Positions 19,082 to 29,014 of a DNA stretch of 64,000 bases are shown here, one piece after another (position 1 is the stretch's first letter; each line of letters opens with the position of its first letter). Where the stretch lies: the NCBI GenBank assembly GCA_050115495.1, contig JASFQK010000032.1, positions 17,769 through 81,768 on the forward strand, in the 5' to 3' direction. The position numbers and the translations under genes were made by a program. The notes under the pieces are model-generated. The model made no database searches. It had not been told where the DNA came from and saw only the letters and a program-made list of their open reading frames with translations. This DNA comes from Phycisphaerae bacterium. GTDB taxonomy: Bacteria; Planctomycetota; Phycisphaerae; UBA1845; Fen-1342.

Positions 19082-20437
19082 CTAGACGCGGAATTCCTCG
19101 GGGCGGAAGACGTATCGCTGACCCGAAGCGACGGCCTCGTTGGCCTTCAGCACCGACACGCAGACCTCGTAGGCCACGTCGGCCGGGCAGTTCAGCTTCG
19201 TCTTGCCGCGGATCGAGTCGAAGAAGTTCTCCAGGTGCAACTGGTGCGGCGGCTTGGCCGCCTGCTCGAGCATCGCCTGGGCCTCGGGTGTCTTCTGGCC
19301 TTCGGGCGTGAGCGTCTCGCCGATCTTCAGCTCGATGGCGTCGCGGCCCATCTCCTCGACCTTCTCCGCCTCATCTTCCCACTCGCGCTTCTTGGCCGTC
19401 TGCTCGCGGAAGACGCGGCCGACGCGTGCGTCCTCGGAGATGTCCAGCGAACCTTCGTCGCCCATGAACGTCTCGAAGAAGCCGCCGTGGCTGGTCGTGT
19501 TCAGCACCTGATAGAAGCCGCGGACGGGGCCGGCGGGGGTCTCGTACTCGTAGATGGCCAGGACGTTGTCGTACCAGTCGCGGCCTTCATAGCCGGTGTA
19601 GTAGTCCAGCCCGCCGCTGGCCAGCACGGCCTTGGGCGGGGTCTTCAGGAACCAGTTGAACACGTCGACCTGGTGCGAGCCGAGGTCGGCCATCGGGCCG
19701 CCCGAGAACTTCCGATACCAGCGCCAGTTGCGGAAGGCGTCCATCGTGTCGTAGCCGAAGCGCTTCAGCGTGTCGGCGTCGAGCTCCTTGCCCTCGGGCC
19801 AGCCGAGCTCGAACAACTGGGCGCGGTTCCACTGCCCCTCGCAGTGCGTGATGCGGCCCAGGATCTTGTCCTTCTCGATCATCTTCAGGGCGTGGAAATA
19901 ACGCGGGTTGCTGCGGCGCTGGTGGCCGATCTGGAGCAGCTTACCCGTCTCGCGCATCGTGCGCACCATGCTCGCCGCCCCTTCGAGCGTGTTCGACATT
20001 TCCTTTTCGCAGTACACGTGCCGCCCGGCCTTCAGGCAGGCGTTGGCGTGCTCGGCGTGCATCCAGTCGGGCGTGGCCACGATCACCGCGTCGAGGTTCT
20101 TCTCCTTGTCGAGCATCTCGCGGTAGTCTTCGTAGACGTTCACCGGCTGGTCGTACTTCTTCAGGATGTTCGCCGCGTAGTTCTGGTGGTAAGGCCAGAT
20201 GTCGCAGACGGCGATGAAGCGTACGTTCGGGATCTTCAGGCACTTGGTCAGCAGGAAGCGTCCCTGGCTGCCCGGACCGATGATGGCGATCGCCAGCTCG
20301 TCCTCTTTCTTCGCCGGTGCCGTGGCTTCCTGGGCCCAGGTGGGCACGGCGGCCAGCAGGCCGGCGGCAGCGGCCGACTGCACGAACTCGCGACGGGTGA
20401 TGGTGTTCTTCTTCCGGGGTGAGTCTGGTTGGTGCAT
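19082..20437 (-). CDS. Tat-exported Gfo/Idh/MocA oxidoreductase
   Basis: TRREFV signal, IGPGSQG, ATPDWMH, YCEKEM, QIGHQRRS, DLGSHQVD. Confidence 0.92.
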   Translation of the reverse strand: MHQPDSPRKKNTITRREFVQSAAAAGLLAAVPTWAQEATAPAKKEDELAIAIIGPGSQGRFLLTKCLKIPNVRFIAVCDIWPYHQNYAANILKKYDQPVNVYEDYREMLDKEKNLDAVIVATPDWMHAEHANACLKAGRHVYCEKEMSNTLEGAASMVRTMRETGKLLQIGHQRRSNPRYFHALKMIEKDKILGRITHCEGQWNRAQLFELGWPEGKELDADTLKRFGYDTMDAFRNWRWYRKFSGGPMADLGSHQVDVFNWFLKTPPKAVLASGGLDYYTGYEGRDWYDNVLAIYEYETPAGPVRGFYQVLNTTSHGGFFETFMGDEGSLDISEDARVGRVFREQTAKKREWEDEAEKVEEMGRDAIELKIGETLTPEGQKTPEAQAMLEQAAKPPHQLHLENFFDSIRGKTKLNCPADVAYEVCVSVLKANEAVASGQRYVFRPEEFRV

Positions 20438-20620
20438 GAGAAACCTCGAAGTCGAGCGCTGATACTGACCACGGACAACAGCCGATCCCGGATACTGTAT
20501 CGGCGCCCGGCGCGGGACGTCAATTCACTTCTGGTGGAGCGGCGGCTCCCGGTTTGCCCACGCCGCGCTTCGCCGCTAGGCTGCACCGCCTGACGGCACA
20601 CGAGCCATTGGCGACGTCGT

Positions 20621-21409
20621 ATGGATCCACGCCAACCACCGCCAAAACCCGACAGCTCGCACAGCGGACCCGCTCCCGGCTCGGAAGGCCGGCCGGCGTT
20701 ATCGGTCGTCATCCCCGCCTACAACGAGGCCGGCCGCATCGGCCCGACGCTCACTCGCCTGCGCGAGTACTTCGCCGCCCGGGCCCTGCCCGCCGAGATC
20801 ATCGTCGTCGACGACGGCAGCAGGGACGACACCGCCGGCGTCGTCACCCGAGCACAGTCCGGGCCGCCGCCGATCGTCCTCCTGCACAACGACCGCAACC
20901 GCGGCAAGGGCTACAGCGTTCGGCGGGGCGTGCAGCAGGCGCGGGGCGACGCGGTGCTGCTGTGTGACGCCGACCTGTCCACGCCCATCGAGGAGCTGGA
21001 GAAGCTCGAACAGGCTCTGGCCGCCGGCTGCGACGTGGCCATCGGCTCGCGCGACCTGCCGGACTCCCGGCTGGATCCGCCGCAGCCGTTGCTTCGCCGC
21101 TGGCTGGCGAGGGCATTTCGCACCATGCGCCGCCAACTGCTGCTGCCCGACGTCCGCGACACGCAGTGCGGATTCAAGCTCTTCCGTGGCCCGGCAGCGG
21201 CGGACATCTTCGCCCGCCAGACCGTCGACGGCTGGCTCTTCGATTGCGAAGTCCTGGGCCTGGCCGAGCGGCTGGGTTATCGGCTCGGCGAAGTCGGCAT
21301 CATCTGGCGGAACCACCCCGACAGCCGCGTGAATGCCTCACGCGAGATGCTGACCGCCCTACCCGCGCTGCTGGCCATCTGCCGGCGGCTCCGGCACGTG
21401 AAGCGATAG
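20621..21409 (+). CDS. GT2 polyprenol-phosphate glycosyltransferase (Dol-P-Glc synthase-like)
   Basis: SVVIPAYNE, VDDGSRD, NRGKGYSV, DADLS, DTQCGFKLF, FDCEVL. Confidence 0.9.
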   Translation: MDPRQPPPKPDSSHSGPAPGSEGRPALSVVIPAYNEAGRIGPTLTRLREYFAARALPAEIIVVDDGSRDDTAGVVTRAQSGPPPIVLLHNDRNRGKGYSVRRGVQQARGDAVLLCDADLSTPIEELEKLEQALAAGCDVAIGSRDLPDSRLDPPQPLLRRWLARAFRTMRRQLLLPDVRDTQCGFKLFRGPAAADIFARQTVDGWLFDCEVLGLAERLGYRLGEVGIIWRNHPDSRVNASREMLTALPALLAICRRLRHVKR

Positions 21410-21427
21410 TCCGGGGTGCTGTCGGCA

Positions 21428-21600
21428 CTCAACGTCGGCCACGGGGGGCGAGTTTGGGGATTAATCCCGGTGGGTCGGGCGTCCCGCCCGACATTCGTTG
21501 ATTTAGAGGCCAAGACGGCAGGCGAGATGCCTGCCCCACCCAGTCTTGGGGATAGGCTCTCAACCTCGGCCGACGCTACGGCCGAGTCGGCGCCGTGGTA
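21428..21600. repeat. REP-like palindromes between convergent genes
   Basis: Inverted partial copy of the GTAG repeat (ACGTCGGCCACGGGGGG), GTGGGTCGGGCGTCCCGCCCGAC and GGCAGGCGAGATGCCTGCCCCAC hairpins. Confidence 0.6.
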
Positions 21601-21640
21601 CGCCCGACGATGCCATCTCCGGCTCAAGGCTCAAGGCTAC

Positions 21641-23038
21641 CTAGAGCTTCTCGATCTGCTCGCCAGCGGCCTTGCTGTTCTCCCGGAAGAGCGCCCAGAA
21701 CGTGATGGCCACAACTCCGGCCATGATGCACGGGATCAGCCAGATGGTCTGCCAGTCCCTGGCCGCAAGTAGCAACTGAGCGGCTTGCGACCATTCGTTC
21801 CACAGCGCATCGGAGGTTGCTGCAGTCGCGGCGATGGCCCGTTCACGCAGACCGTTGGCCACGTCCAACAACGAATCACGAGTCGCCGATGTCAGCGTGT
21901 TGACGATCATGCCTACTAGCTGCGCCCCGATCAGCATGCCCAGGCCCTGCGTGATGAGTACGAGCAGGCCCTGGGCCTGGCCGCGGATCTTCGCGCTGGC
22001 CTGCTTGTCCACGTAAATGAATCCGGTAACGAAGAAGAAGTCGTAGCAGATGCCGTGGAGCAGAATCCCGCTGAAGATCATCCAAGTTACACCACTGGAA
22101 GCCGCGGCAGCAAACAGACCATAGCGCAACACCCAAGCGAACATGCCGATCAGCAGCATCCATTTCACGCCCAGCCGCATGAAGAACAGCGGCATGAGCA
22201 GCATGAAGACCACTTCGGTTATCTGGCCGAACAACATGCTCGACGCGGGGAAGCGGAAGCCGGCTGCGTTGGCGTAGATCGGGGCGCAGTTGTAGTAAGC
22301 CGCCAGCGGAATGCAGATCAGGAAGGAACTGATGATGAAGACCGAGAACGAGCGTCTCTTCATCAACACCAGGGCGTCAAGCCCGAGAATGTCGCGTACC
22401 GAGACGGTTCTACCTTTGGCCGGCGGCGGCGTGTGCGGCAGCAGCAAGCTGAACACACCGAGCAGGATCGCCGCGCCGCCCGCCACGTAGAATTGCTCGG
22501 CCCCCATATCCGCCTTCAGCCACCTGCTGACGACGAAATTGGCGACGATCCAGCCTGCCGTGCCGAACACACGCACGATCGGGAACTGCTTTTCTCGGTG
22601 GGTCAGGTTATGGAAGGCCAGCGTGTTCGTCAGTCCGAGCGTGGGCATGTAGAACAGCATGTGCAGCAGCAGAATCGCAGTGAACGGCCAGTGCGAGCCG
22701 CCCTCGGCCGGTGTCAGGAACGGGGCGACGATCAGCGCTGCGCCGCCCAGCACGTGCATGGCGCACAGCACGCGCTCGGTCGCGAAGAACCGGTCGGCGA
22801 TCATGCCGAGGAAGAATGGGCTGATGATGGCTGCGATCGGGCCGACCGTGTACGCCCAGTGGCTTGCGTCGCTCATGTTGTGGGCGCCCATGTAGTTGCC
22901 CACGGTGACGTACCAGGCCCCCCAGACGAAGAACTCCAGGAACATCATGATCGACAGGCGTGTCGTCACCAGCGCCGGCTTGCCCGCGCCGGGGGTTTGG
23001 ACCGAACCCGGCTCGAGGCCTTCCGCGAACTCACTCAT
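21641..23038 (-). CDS. NupG/XapB-like nucleoside:H+ symporter (MFS)
   Basis: RLSIMMFLEFFVWGAW, ADRFF, RVFGTAGWI, LPHTPP, GQITEV, LHGICYDFFF. Confidence 0.88.
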   Translation of the reverse strand: MSEFAEGLEPGSVQTPGAGKPALVTTRLSIMMFLEFFVWGAWYVTVGNYMGAHNMSDASHWAYTVGPIAAIISPFFLGMIADRFFATERVLCAMHVLGGAALIVAPFLTPAEGGSHWPFTAILLLHMLFYMPTLGLTNTLAFHNLTHREKQFPIVRVFGTAGWIVANFVVSRWLKADMGAEQFYVAGGAAILLGVFSLLLPHTPPPAKGRTVSVRDILGLDALVLMKRRSFSVFIISSFLICIPLAAYYNCAPIYANAAGFRFPASSMLFGQITEVVFMLLMPLFFMRLGVKWMLLIGMFAWVLRYGLFAAAASSGVTWMIFSGILLHGICYDFFFVTGFIYVDKQASAKIRGQAQGLLVLITQGLGMLIGAQLVGMIVNTLTSATRDSLLDVANGLRERAIAATAATSDALWNEWSQAAQLLLAARDWQTIWLIPCIMAGVVAITFWALFRENSKAAGEQIEKL

Positions 23039-23223
23039 GCTTCGTCATCCTTCTCAGGGGGCAGGGAACGTCCAGGCAGGGCCCCATCCTAGCGACCCGG
23101 CCGGCGGGCGTCACGGGGTCCGTGCCGCGGTTTGACCGACCTGCGGGGAAGTCGTACATTGCCCCTGCCTTCCGCCGAACCGTCCGCGGTCGAAGGCAAT
23201 TTTCAGGAGAAAGGGTGGCACAG

Positions 23224-24777
23224 ATGAACAAAGGTCGACTGTTCGTCGGGAGCTGTCTGTCCCTGATATCCACGTCGGTCTGCTTCGGCGTGGTCGGGGC
23301 GATCATGGGAGCGCTGAAGCAGGAATTCGTCCTCAGCAACGAGCAGGTGGGCTGGATCGGCGGCGCCGCCATCTGGGGCTTCACCGTGTCCATCTTCATC
23401 CTGGGGCCGTTCTGCAACGTGCTGGGCATGCGCAACCTGCTGTACTTCGCCATGGTCTGCCACGCGGGCGGCACATTGCTGATGATCAGCGCCAACGGCT
23501 ACTGGATGCTGTTCTGCGGGGCGCTGGTACTGGCCCTGGGCAACGGCACGGTGGAGGCCGTCTGCAACCCGCTGGTCGCCACGCTCTATCCCGACCAGAA
23601 GACCAAGAAGCTGAACCAGTTCCACATGTGGTTCCCCGGCGGCATCGTGATCGGCGCCGTCGCCTCCTACCTGCTCGACAAGGTGGGGCTGCCGAGCTGG
23701 CAGCTCAAGCTCGGCCTGATCCTCATCCCCACCGTGCTCTACGGCATCACGTTCATCGGGCAGCGCTTCCCGGCCACCGAGCGGGCCCAGTCGGGCGTGT
23801 CCTTCGGCGGCATGATCGCCGCCGCCCTGACCCGGCCGCTGTTCATCATCCTGCTGGTCTGCATGTGCATCACCGCCTCGATCGAGCTCGGCCCCAATCG
23901 CTGGGTCAGCGCCGTGCTCGAATCCGGCGGCATCCCCGGCATCCTGGTCCTGGCCTACATCAGTGGCCTGATGGCCGTGCTGCGCTTCAACGCCGGCCCG
24001 ATCGTCCACCGCCTCTCGCCGACCGGGATCCTGGTCGGCTCGGCGATCCTGGCTGGCGTCGGCCTGTACTGGCTGAGCTACGCCGAGACGTCGGCGATGG
24101 CTTTCGCCTCGGCGACGGTGTTCGCCGTCGGCGTCTGCTACTTCTGGCCGACGATGCTAGGCGTAACTTCCGAGCGCGTGCCGAAAAGCGGCGAGCTTGG
24201 CCTGGCCCTGATGGGCGGCATGGGCATGTTGATCGTGGGCGTGGTGACTGCCCCGCAGATGGGCCGCATCGCCGACGGCTACCTGCATGAGCAGTTGGTC
24301 GCCCACAAGGACGCCACCGTAGCGGCGCTGACCCAGGTCGTCGACACCTACCCCGCGCTCGCCGAGAAAGAGCAGGAGCCGTTCCGCAGTGAGATCCTCG
24401 GCGTTGTGACCGGACCCAAGGACCACGCGGAGGCGGGGGCCCGCAGCGTGCTCAATGCAGCGAAGACCGGTACGTTGCCCGAGGGCCTCACGGCCGAGGT
24501 GCTGCGCGCCGCCCAGAAGAACGCCCCGAACAATGAACAAGGCAAAGCCGTTGTCAAGCAGATCGGCAAGGTGCTTCTGCCGGCCGACAACTACGGCGGG
24601 CGGATGTCCTTCCGCTATGTGGCCGGCTTCTCGATCGTGATCATCGTGGTCTTTGGTGTGCTCTACCTGCGCGACCGGGCCGCCGGCGGCTACAAGGCCG
24701 AGGCGATCGCGGCGGGAGGGACTCCACCGGCCGAGGAGCCGCCGCCGGCCGAGCAGCCCCCATCGGCTGAGGCATAG
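23224..24777 (+). CDS. MFS transporter with a large extramembrane insert
   Basis: GNGTVEAVCNPLVA, FHMWFPGGIVIG, FWPTMLG; about 12 TM helices; AGGAGA upstream. Confidence 0.85.
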   Translation: MNKGRLFVGSCLSLISTSVCFGVVGAIMGALKQEFVLSNEQVGWIGGAAIWGFTVSIFILGPFCNVLGMRNLLYFAMVCHAGGTLLMISANGYWMLFCGALVLALGNGTVEAVCNPLVATLYPDQKTKKLNQFHMWFPGGIVIGAVASYLLDKVGLPSWQLKLGLILIPTVLYGITFIGQRFPATERAQSGVSFGGMIAAALTRPLFIILLVCMCITASIELGPNRWVSAVLESGGIPGILVLAYISGLMAVLRFNAGPIVHRLSPTGILVGSAILAGVGLYWLSYAETSAMAFASATVFAVGVCYFWPTMLGVTSERVPKSGELGLALMGGMGMLIVGVVTAPQMGRIADGYLHEQLVAHKDATVAALTQVVDTYPALAEKEQEPFRSEILGVVTGPKDHAEAGARSVLNAAKTGTLPEGLTAEVLRAAQKNAPNNEQGKAVVKQIGKVLLPADNYGGRMSFRYVAGFSIVIIVVFGVLYLRDRAAGGYKAEAIAAGGTPPAEEPPPAEQPPSAEA

Positions 24778-24798
24778 CCGGCCGCGGACACCGGGAGC

Positions 24799-26433
24799 AT
24801 GGCCCGCCCCCAGACCCAGACCAGCACGGTACCGCCCACACAGCCACACCGCTGGCCCTGTGGTCGCATCGCCGTGGGCATCCTCCTCGTCGCCGGGCTG
24901 TGGCATGGGGCGATCGCCCTGACCATGCCCTGCATCTCCCGCGATAGCGTGACTTTCTGCTGGTACGCCCGCGACCTCGGCGAGCAGGGATTGGCCCACC
25001 TGCGCGGCGAGAATGCCGCGCAACATCCCCTCATGCCGGCGGCGGTGCTGGCCGCCCAGCGCCTGGCCCGCTGCTGCGGGGCTCCGGACACGCCCATGAC
25101 GTGGCAACGGAGCGGGCAGGCGGTCTCGTGGCTGGCCGGTATGGCCGTCGTGGTCCTGGCCGGGGCGATCACGCACCGCTTCGTCCGCCGACTGGAGCTG
25201 CCCATCGACACCGGCCTGGCGGCCTGCGCGGCGATGGTCCTGGCGATGGTCCTGCCGCTGAACGTGTGGCTGTCGGCGGAGATCATGTCGGACGAGCTTC
25301 ACCTGGCCCTGTACCTGTGGGGGGCGTGGACCCTGCTCCGGCTCGACAGCGTGCGAGCGGCGGCGACCTGCGGCGTCGCCGGCGGACTGGCTTTCCTGAC
25401 CCGACCGGAGGGCATCGTCGTGGCCCTGGCAGGTCTGGCCGGGATGGTGCCCGATCGCGCGACGCCCTGGCGCCGGCGCGGCGTACGAGCGGCCGCCCTG
25501 CTCGCCGGCTTCCTCGTCTGTGCTGTGCCGTACTGGTCGGTCGTCGGCACGCTGTCGTCGAAGAAGAACCCGCTGGACTGGCTGAAGAGCAGCGACGTCG
25601 CCCTGGAGCTGCCCGCTGAGGCACCTCTGCTGGCCGCCGACGAGACCGCTTTCGACGCGCCGGCCTCCGCCACCGTGAGCCTGGCACGCCTGGACACGCA
25701 GAAGCGGGGTTGGTACGCCCTCGTGCCCTACGCGCTGTACCAGCTCTTCCGGGCCGGACGGGTAGTGATTCCGTTGCTGGCTATCGGACCGCTGTTGAAC
25801 CTGCGGCGACGGCTGCTGTGGCCGCCACTGGCCGGCGTGTCGGCCTGTATCGCCGGCCACTTCACGCTGACGCTGCTGCTGCTGCACCGCTATCACTACC
25901 TCGGTCAGCGGCACATGCTGGTCATCGTCATGCTGCTGGTTCCGCCGGCGGCGGTGCTGCTGGCCCGGCTGGTATCGCTGGCCCGCGAGCGGCGATCGGT
26001 GGGCTGGCTGGCACCCGTAATCCTGGCCGTGCTCTCACTGGCGGCGTACGCCCTGCCGGTGCCCAACCGCAGCGCCCGCTATCTGGCGACGGCGGCCGAC
26101 TGGCTCCGGCAGCACGACCCGGACATCGCCACCAAGCGCATCATGACCGCCAGCAGCGAGCGGCGGATCGTCTTCTACACCGATGCCCGCTGGGTGTACT
26201 GGTACGACCTGCCCGGCGACACGGTGCTGCCGCGCGAGCTGCTCCTGGGCGAGCGGCCGGATTACCTCGCGCTCAGCGTGGGCGAGGGCTTCGAGGTAGC
26301 CGGCAACGATGCCGTCGCCGAGCTGCTGCACAGCGACCCGGAGATAGCCCCCCACGTGCAGCTCCTCCACACCTGGCCGGCCAGCGAGAAGAGCACGTTG
26401 CAGTTATATGCCCTTGACTGGTCGGAGCCGTAG
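24799..26433 (+). CDS. GT-C (family 39-like) membrane glycosyltransferase
   Basis: SRDS early loop, QHPL, MSDE, LAFLTRPEG, RHML; multiple TM helices then a soluble C-terminal domain. Confidence 0.65.
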   Translation: MARPQTQTSTVPPTQPHRWPCGRIAVGILLVAGLWHGAIALTMPCISRDSVTFCWYARDLGEQGLAHLRGENAAQHPLMPAAVLAAQRLARCCGAPDTPMTWQRSGQAVSWLAGMAVVVLAGAITHRFVRRLELPIDTGLAACAAMVLAMVLPLNVWLSAEIMSDELHLALYLWGAWTLLRLDSVRAAATCGVAGGLAFLTRPEGIVVALAGLAGMVPDRATPWRRRGVRAAALLAGFLVCAVPYWSVVGTLSSKKNPLDWLKSSDVALELPAEAPLLAADETAFDAPASATVSLARLDTQKRGWYALVPYALYQLFRAGRVVIPLLAIGPLLNLRRRLLWPPLAGVSACIAGHFTLTLLLLHRYHYLGQRHMLVIVMLLVPPAAVLLARLVSLARERRSVGWLAPVILAVLSLAAYALPVPNRSARYLATAADWLRQHDPDIATKRIMTASSERRIVFYTDARWVYWYDLPGDTVLPRELLLGERPDYLALSVGEGFEVAGNDAVAELLHSDPEIAPHVQLLHTWPASEKSTLQLYALDWSEP

Positions 26434-26622
26434 CGGCGGCGAAGTTGCGATGCGGGCCCTTATCGTCCGGCTCATGGCATGGTAGAGTATGCACCAGTCA
26501 GGGGCGGCCGCTCGCCGGTGTGTGTCGGCGTTCGACCGATTCGAGGGAGTGTGCAGCGGTTACCGCACAGCCGGATCGCGTTTGTCGCTCTTCGGCCGCA
26601 GCGGTGCTTATGGAGTTAACAC

Positions 26623-27828
26623 ATGCGCCCAATGAAGTCGTTTCTGACGATCCTGGCCCTTTCCAGCATGATGCTGCTTGTGGTCCCGACCCTGGCCGGT
26701 GACCTGCCCAGCGATATTGAGCGGCTGGCGGCGGACAAGATCCCGCACGTCAAAGCGCCCGCGAAGATCGCTGGCGACCAGCAGCCGCTCCGTATCAAGG
26801 TGCTGGTGCTCGATTTCAACCCGTGGATTCCCGGCAAGCTGCATTCGCCGGACGATCCGAACGCGGCGCCGAAGGGCCTGCGTGAGGTGGGCGGCTGGAA
26901 CGATCCCCTGCCGCTCGTGACCGGTTACATGCAGGATCTCTGTGACGCCAGCGGCGGCTACGTGCAGTTCGAGATCGCCGACTGGCTCGTCGTCCGCCGG
27001 TTCCAGCAAAAGACGGACGGCTTCATGTACACGCCGGAGACGTACATGGAAGCGCTGCGTCAGGGCGTGTTCAAGGCGGAGTCCTGGCACAAGCCGGACG
27101 GCATCGACTACCCGCACATGTGCAAGGAGTTCGACGTGTACAAGCGCGTCGAGTCGGGCGAGATCGACGAGGTCTGGATGCTCGGGTTGCCGTACTTCGG
27201 CTACTGGGAGTCGTGCATGGTCGGCAAGGGCGCCTTCGAGGTGAACGGCGGCGTCTACGGCGATGTGCCCTGCCAGCGCCGCTTCGTGGTCATGGGCTTC
27301 AACATGGAGCGCGGCGTCGCCGAGATGATCCACGACCTCTGCCACCGCACTGAGGCGACGATGTCGCGGGTCTACGGCGGCTGGGAAGTGGACAAGCTCA
27401 CCAGCAACTGGGCACGTTTCGCCGCCAATCAGACGCAGTCCGGCACGGCCGCCGTCGGCACGTGCCACTATCCGCCCAACGCCGAGCGCGACTACGACTA
27501 CGCCAACAAGACGGCCGTGACCAGCACCGCCGACGACTGGCTGACGTACCCGGAGCTGACCGGCCGCCAGCGCGAGTTCAGTTGCGAAGAGTGGAAGTCG
27601 CCCTACAAGGATCGCGACGGCAACCCCGACTATCACCGCAACTACATGAACTGGTGGTTCACGCACCTGCCCAAGGCCCCCGGCGTCAACGCCGACGGCC
27701 GGCTGAACAACTGGTGGGAGTACGTCTTCAACTTCAACGCGTTCGACGAGCGCGGCAAGCCGCTGCCCGACGCCGAGCCGGCCAAGGACGCGAAGACCCA
27801 AAAGGACGGCCTCCGCCGCCCGGCGTAG
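26623..27828 (+). CDS. Secreted hypothetical protein (possible metallopeptidase-like fold)
   Basis: Signal peptide, strong codon bias, EMIHDLCH motif. Confidence 0.7.
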   Translation: MRPMKSFLTILALSSMMLLVVPTLAGDLPSDIERLAADKIPHVKAPAKIAGDQQPLRIKVLVLDFNPWIPGKLHSPDDPNAAPKGLREVGGWNDPLPLVTGYMQDLCDASGGYVQFEIADWLVVRRFQQKTDGFMYTPETYMEALRQGVFKAESWHKPDGIDYPHMCKEFDVYKRVESGEIDEVWMLGLPYFGYWESCMVGKGAFEVNGGVYGDVPCQRRFVVMGFNMERGVAEMIHDLCHRTEATMSRVYGGWEVDKLTSNWARFAANQTQSGTAAVGTCHYPPNAERDYDYANKTAVTSTADDWLTYPELTGRQREFSCEEWKSPYKDRDGNPDYHRNYMNWWFTHLPKAPGVNADGRLNNWWEYVFNFNAFDERGKPLPDAEPAKDAKTQKDGLRRPA

Positions 27829-27838
27829 CATCCAGTCC

Positions 27839-28041
27839 GTAGCGTCCAACCTCCGTGTCGAACGCCGAAGAACGCCCGATTCGCGTCGTAGCGTCGGCCC
27901 CCCGTGGCCGACGTCGAATGGTAGCGTCCGCGCTCCGTACCGGACGTCCTCGGTGTGTGGCATGCTGAAGCCGAAGGCGCCGGCATGTCTGCCACTCTCG
28001 CAGACACGTTCATGCCGGCGCTTGTGCTTCGGCATGCCACA
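27839..28041. repeat. REP-like cluster including an inverted pair (REPIN-like)
   Basis: Three GTAG-palindrome units; GTGTGGCATGCTGAAGCC..GCCGGCATG at ~27956 with an inverted copy ending at 28041. Confidence 0.8.
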
Positions 28042-28057
28042 CTTCGCTATCACGCCC

Positions 28058-28582
28058 TCATCGCGCTGCGGCGTTGGGATATCGCCCCGCCGCGTGCACG
28101 GCGCCCAGCCGCACGTAGCTCTCCACCACGCGCGTCAGGTACTTGCGATCCGTCTCGTTCACCTCGCGCATGACTCGCGCCGGGATCCCGACCACGAGTT
28201 GCCCGTCCGGCACGATCATTCCCGGCGGCACGACGGCCCCCGCCGCCACGATGCACCCCGCCCCCACTTCCGCATCGTCCAGCACGATCGCGCCGGTGCC
28301 GATCAGGCTCCCGGCTCCGACCCGCCGGCAATGCACCACGGCCCGGTGCCCAATCGACACCTCGTCCGCGATCTCCAGCGGCACGTCCTTCTTCGTGTGG
28401 ATGATCGCCCCATCCTGCACGTTGACCCGCCGGCCGATGCGGATCGGCGACACATCGCCGCGAATGACGACCTGGTGCATGACGGTGCACCCGTCGCCGA
28501 AGATGACATCCCCGCCGACGTACGCGGTCGGGGCCAGATAGACGTTTTCGCCCAAGACGGGCAGCGTGCGTTCATTTTCCAT
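28058..28582 (-). CDS. Gamma carbonic anhydrase family protein
   Basis: Hexapeptide repeats, RGDV, NVQDGAIIH, IGHRAVVH. Confidence 0.92.
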   Translation of the reverse strand: MENERTLPVLGENVYLAPTAYVGGDVIFGDGCTVMHQVVIRGDVSPIRIGRRVNVQDGAIIHTKKDVPLEIADEVSIGHRAVVHCRRVGAGSLIGTGAIVLDDAEVGAGCIVAAGAVVPPGMIVPDGQLVVGIPARVMREVNETDRKYLTRVVESYVRLGAVHAAGRYPNAAAR

Positions 28583-28681
28583 GGGGATATGATACCGGTG
28601 CGGACCCGGGCGTTCGACGCGGCGGCCCGCGGGAGTGTCGTTGTGAGCGTTTGCACGCCAATATCGCGCAGCCGCCGCCAG

Positions 28682-29014
28682 TTGGCGACAGAATTGACGC
28701 TGGCGCTACTCGCTCTGCTACTCGCCGGCGTGAGCGGCTGTTCGCACGTCATCACGCAGACCACGCCCTATTTCAAGGACGGCCCATCGCAGCTCGAACC
28801 GCCACAGGGCGAGCTCGAGAAGGGCACCCACGTCCTGGTCCTCGGCAAGGAAGGCACGTACTCGCGCGTCCTGACGCTCGGCGGCGTGAACGCGTACGTC
28901 TGGGACGGTGCCCTGCGCTCGATCTGGGCCAAGGAAGCGGAGCCGGAAGACCCGCGAGCCGCCCGCGAGCGCAAGCGCCGCGAGGCGGAAGCCGCCGCCA
29001 GGTCCAAGGACTAG
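28682..29014 (+). CDS. Small lipoprotein with SH3-like domain (start uncertain)
   Basis: Lipobox LAGVSGC; GPSQ..PQGEL.KGT.V.VLG.EG.Y.RV..G...YV pattern. Confidence 0.6.
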   Translation: MATELTLALLALLLAGVSGCSHVITQTTPYFKDGPSQLEPPQGELEKGTHVLVLGKEGTYSRVLTLGGVNAYVWDGALRSIWAKEAEPEDPRAARERKRREAEAAARSKD

